DNA of 54,821 nt from positions 1 through 54,821 of the forward strand of contig DBGDZK010000183.1 of NCBI GenBank assembly GCA_048373195.1, read 5' to 3'. Source of the DNA: Collinsella sp. Its GTDB lineage: Bacteria; Actinomycetota; Coriobacteriia; Coriobacteriales; Coriobacteriaceae. Shown in pieces: positions 53,986 through 54,821 of this stretch (the first letter of the stretch is position 1; every line of letters starts with the position of its first letter). The translations under genes were made by a program, and so were the position numbers. Below the pieces are notes generated by a model that was given only the letters and a program-made list of their open reading frames with translations, ran no database searches and had not been told where the DNA came from.

Positions 53986-53991
53986 CACACT

Positions 53992-54041
53992 GGCCCCGCA
54001 GCCCTGTAGACCCATCGTCTGCGGAGCCGTGGGGCCTTTTT
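53992..54041 (+). terminator. Intrinsic terminator
   Basis: GGCCCCGC...GTGGGGCC followed by a T run. Confidence 0.6.
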
Positions 54042-54080
54042 GTATGTATCTGCCGAATCGTTTTTTGCGGAAGGGATCCC

Positions 54081-54548
54081 ATGAACAGTGCAAGCGCCAA
54101 GCGTATCGACATCATCTCGGACACCCACGGCTATTTATCGCCTGCGCTCTTGGATGAGCTTGAGGGCGCAGACCTGATCATCCACGCCGGCGACCTCACG
54201 TCAGAGATGGACTACGAGCACCTATGCACCATCGCCCCCGTTCGGGCCGTACTGGGCAACAACGATTACTACCGCGACTACGGCCCCGATGTAGACCGTC
54301 TTGCGCTCTTTACCTACGAAGGCCTCAAATTCGCCGTAGCCCACTACCGCGAAGACCTTCCGGTGGGATCCGTAGACGTAGCCATCAACGGCCATACCCA
54401 CGTAACCAAAGAAGCCCAAGTGGGCCGTTGCTTAGTCCTCAACCCGGGCAGCGCCAGCTACCCCAGAGGCACCCGAGGCCCCACCATGGCCAGAATGCTA
54501 GTAAAAGACGGCAAGATCCTAAGCACTAAATTTATTGACCTAGAGTAA
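54081..54548 (+). CDS. YfcE-family metallophosphoesterase
   Basis: ISDTHG, HAGD, GNND, GHTH, NPGS. Confidence 0.92.
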   Translation: MNSASAKRIDIISDTHGYLSPALLDELEGADLIIHAGDLTSEMDYEHLCTIAPVRAVLGNNDYYRDYGPDVDRLALFTYEGLKFAVAHYREDLPVGSVDVAINGHTHVTKEAQVGRCLVLNPGSASYPRGTRGPTMARMLVKDGKILSTKFIDLE

Positions 54549-54732
54549 CCACAACAAAAGCGGGGGATGCAGATGCGTCTCCCGTTTCCATTTGAGCCAA
54601 AGGCAGAGCTTCAACAAAAACAATCAGACCAACCTCGCCGAGGAGCACGCGGGCTAGCCGCGCAGCGGCGCACGCCCGCAAAACTGGTTGAATAATGTGA
54701 CGGCAGGGAGGGCTTCCGGGGCTGAGGGCGGG

Positions 54733-54821
54733 GGTTAAGTTTGTCGCGAGTTCCGCACGCAAAGGAAAGCACTTAATGTGCTTTCCGTCTTGCGCAGGAC
54801 TGTAGAGCAGCAAACTTAACC
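54733..54821. repeat. Nested palindromic intergenic element
   Basis: GGTTAAGTTTG...CAAACTTAACC outer arms and GGAAAGCAC-TTAAT-GTGCTTTCC inner stem; may be cut by the window end. Confidence 0.7.

Overview
High-GC chromosomal window whose codon style and gene content suggest Coriobacteriia (Collinsella-like; this is an inference). Left to right: (1) a direct-repeat-flanked type II R-M cassette (HTH-fused C5 methylase plus EcoRII-like endonuclease) next to a truncated AAA ATPase with a 17-bp x3 repeat array; (2) a PTS sugar-phosphate cluster (xylose-isomerase-like enzyme, EIIBC, DeoR, AlsE/Rpe, RpiB, LacI); (3) the actinobacterial pknB operon (kinase-fhaA-fhaB-pstP-rodA::pbpA fusion-pknB); (4) dnaX-ybaB-recR; (5) a second kinase/FHA module; (6) an AT-richer ~6 kb island bracketed by diverged copies of an FHA gene 3' end; (7) pyruvate:ferredoxin oxidoreductase, carbamate kinase, a C39-like peptidase, an amino-acid permease and amidohydrolase, two LytS/LytTR pairs and housekeeping genes. 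The main find is in the island: an apparently unannotated RiPP (ranthipeptide-like) locus. It has a SCIFF/PapB-type radical SAM-SPASM maturase followed by two paralogous MKHIHP-leader Cys/Asp-rich precursor peptides (one mis-started, one absent from the ORF track) and a 35-aa membrane peptide. A convergent ABC exporter and a decayed methyltransferase lie alongside. All calls come from reading motifs by eye; no database searches were run.
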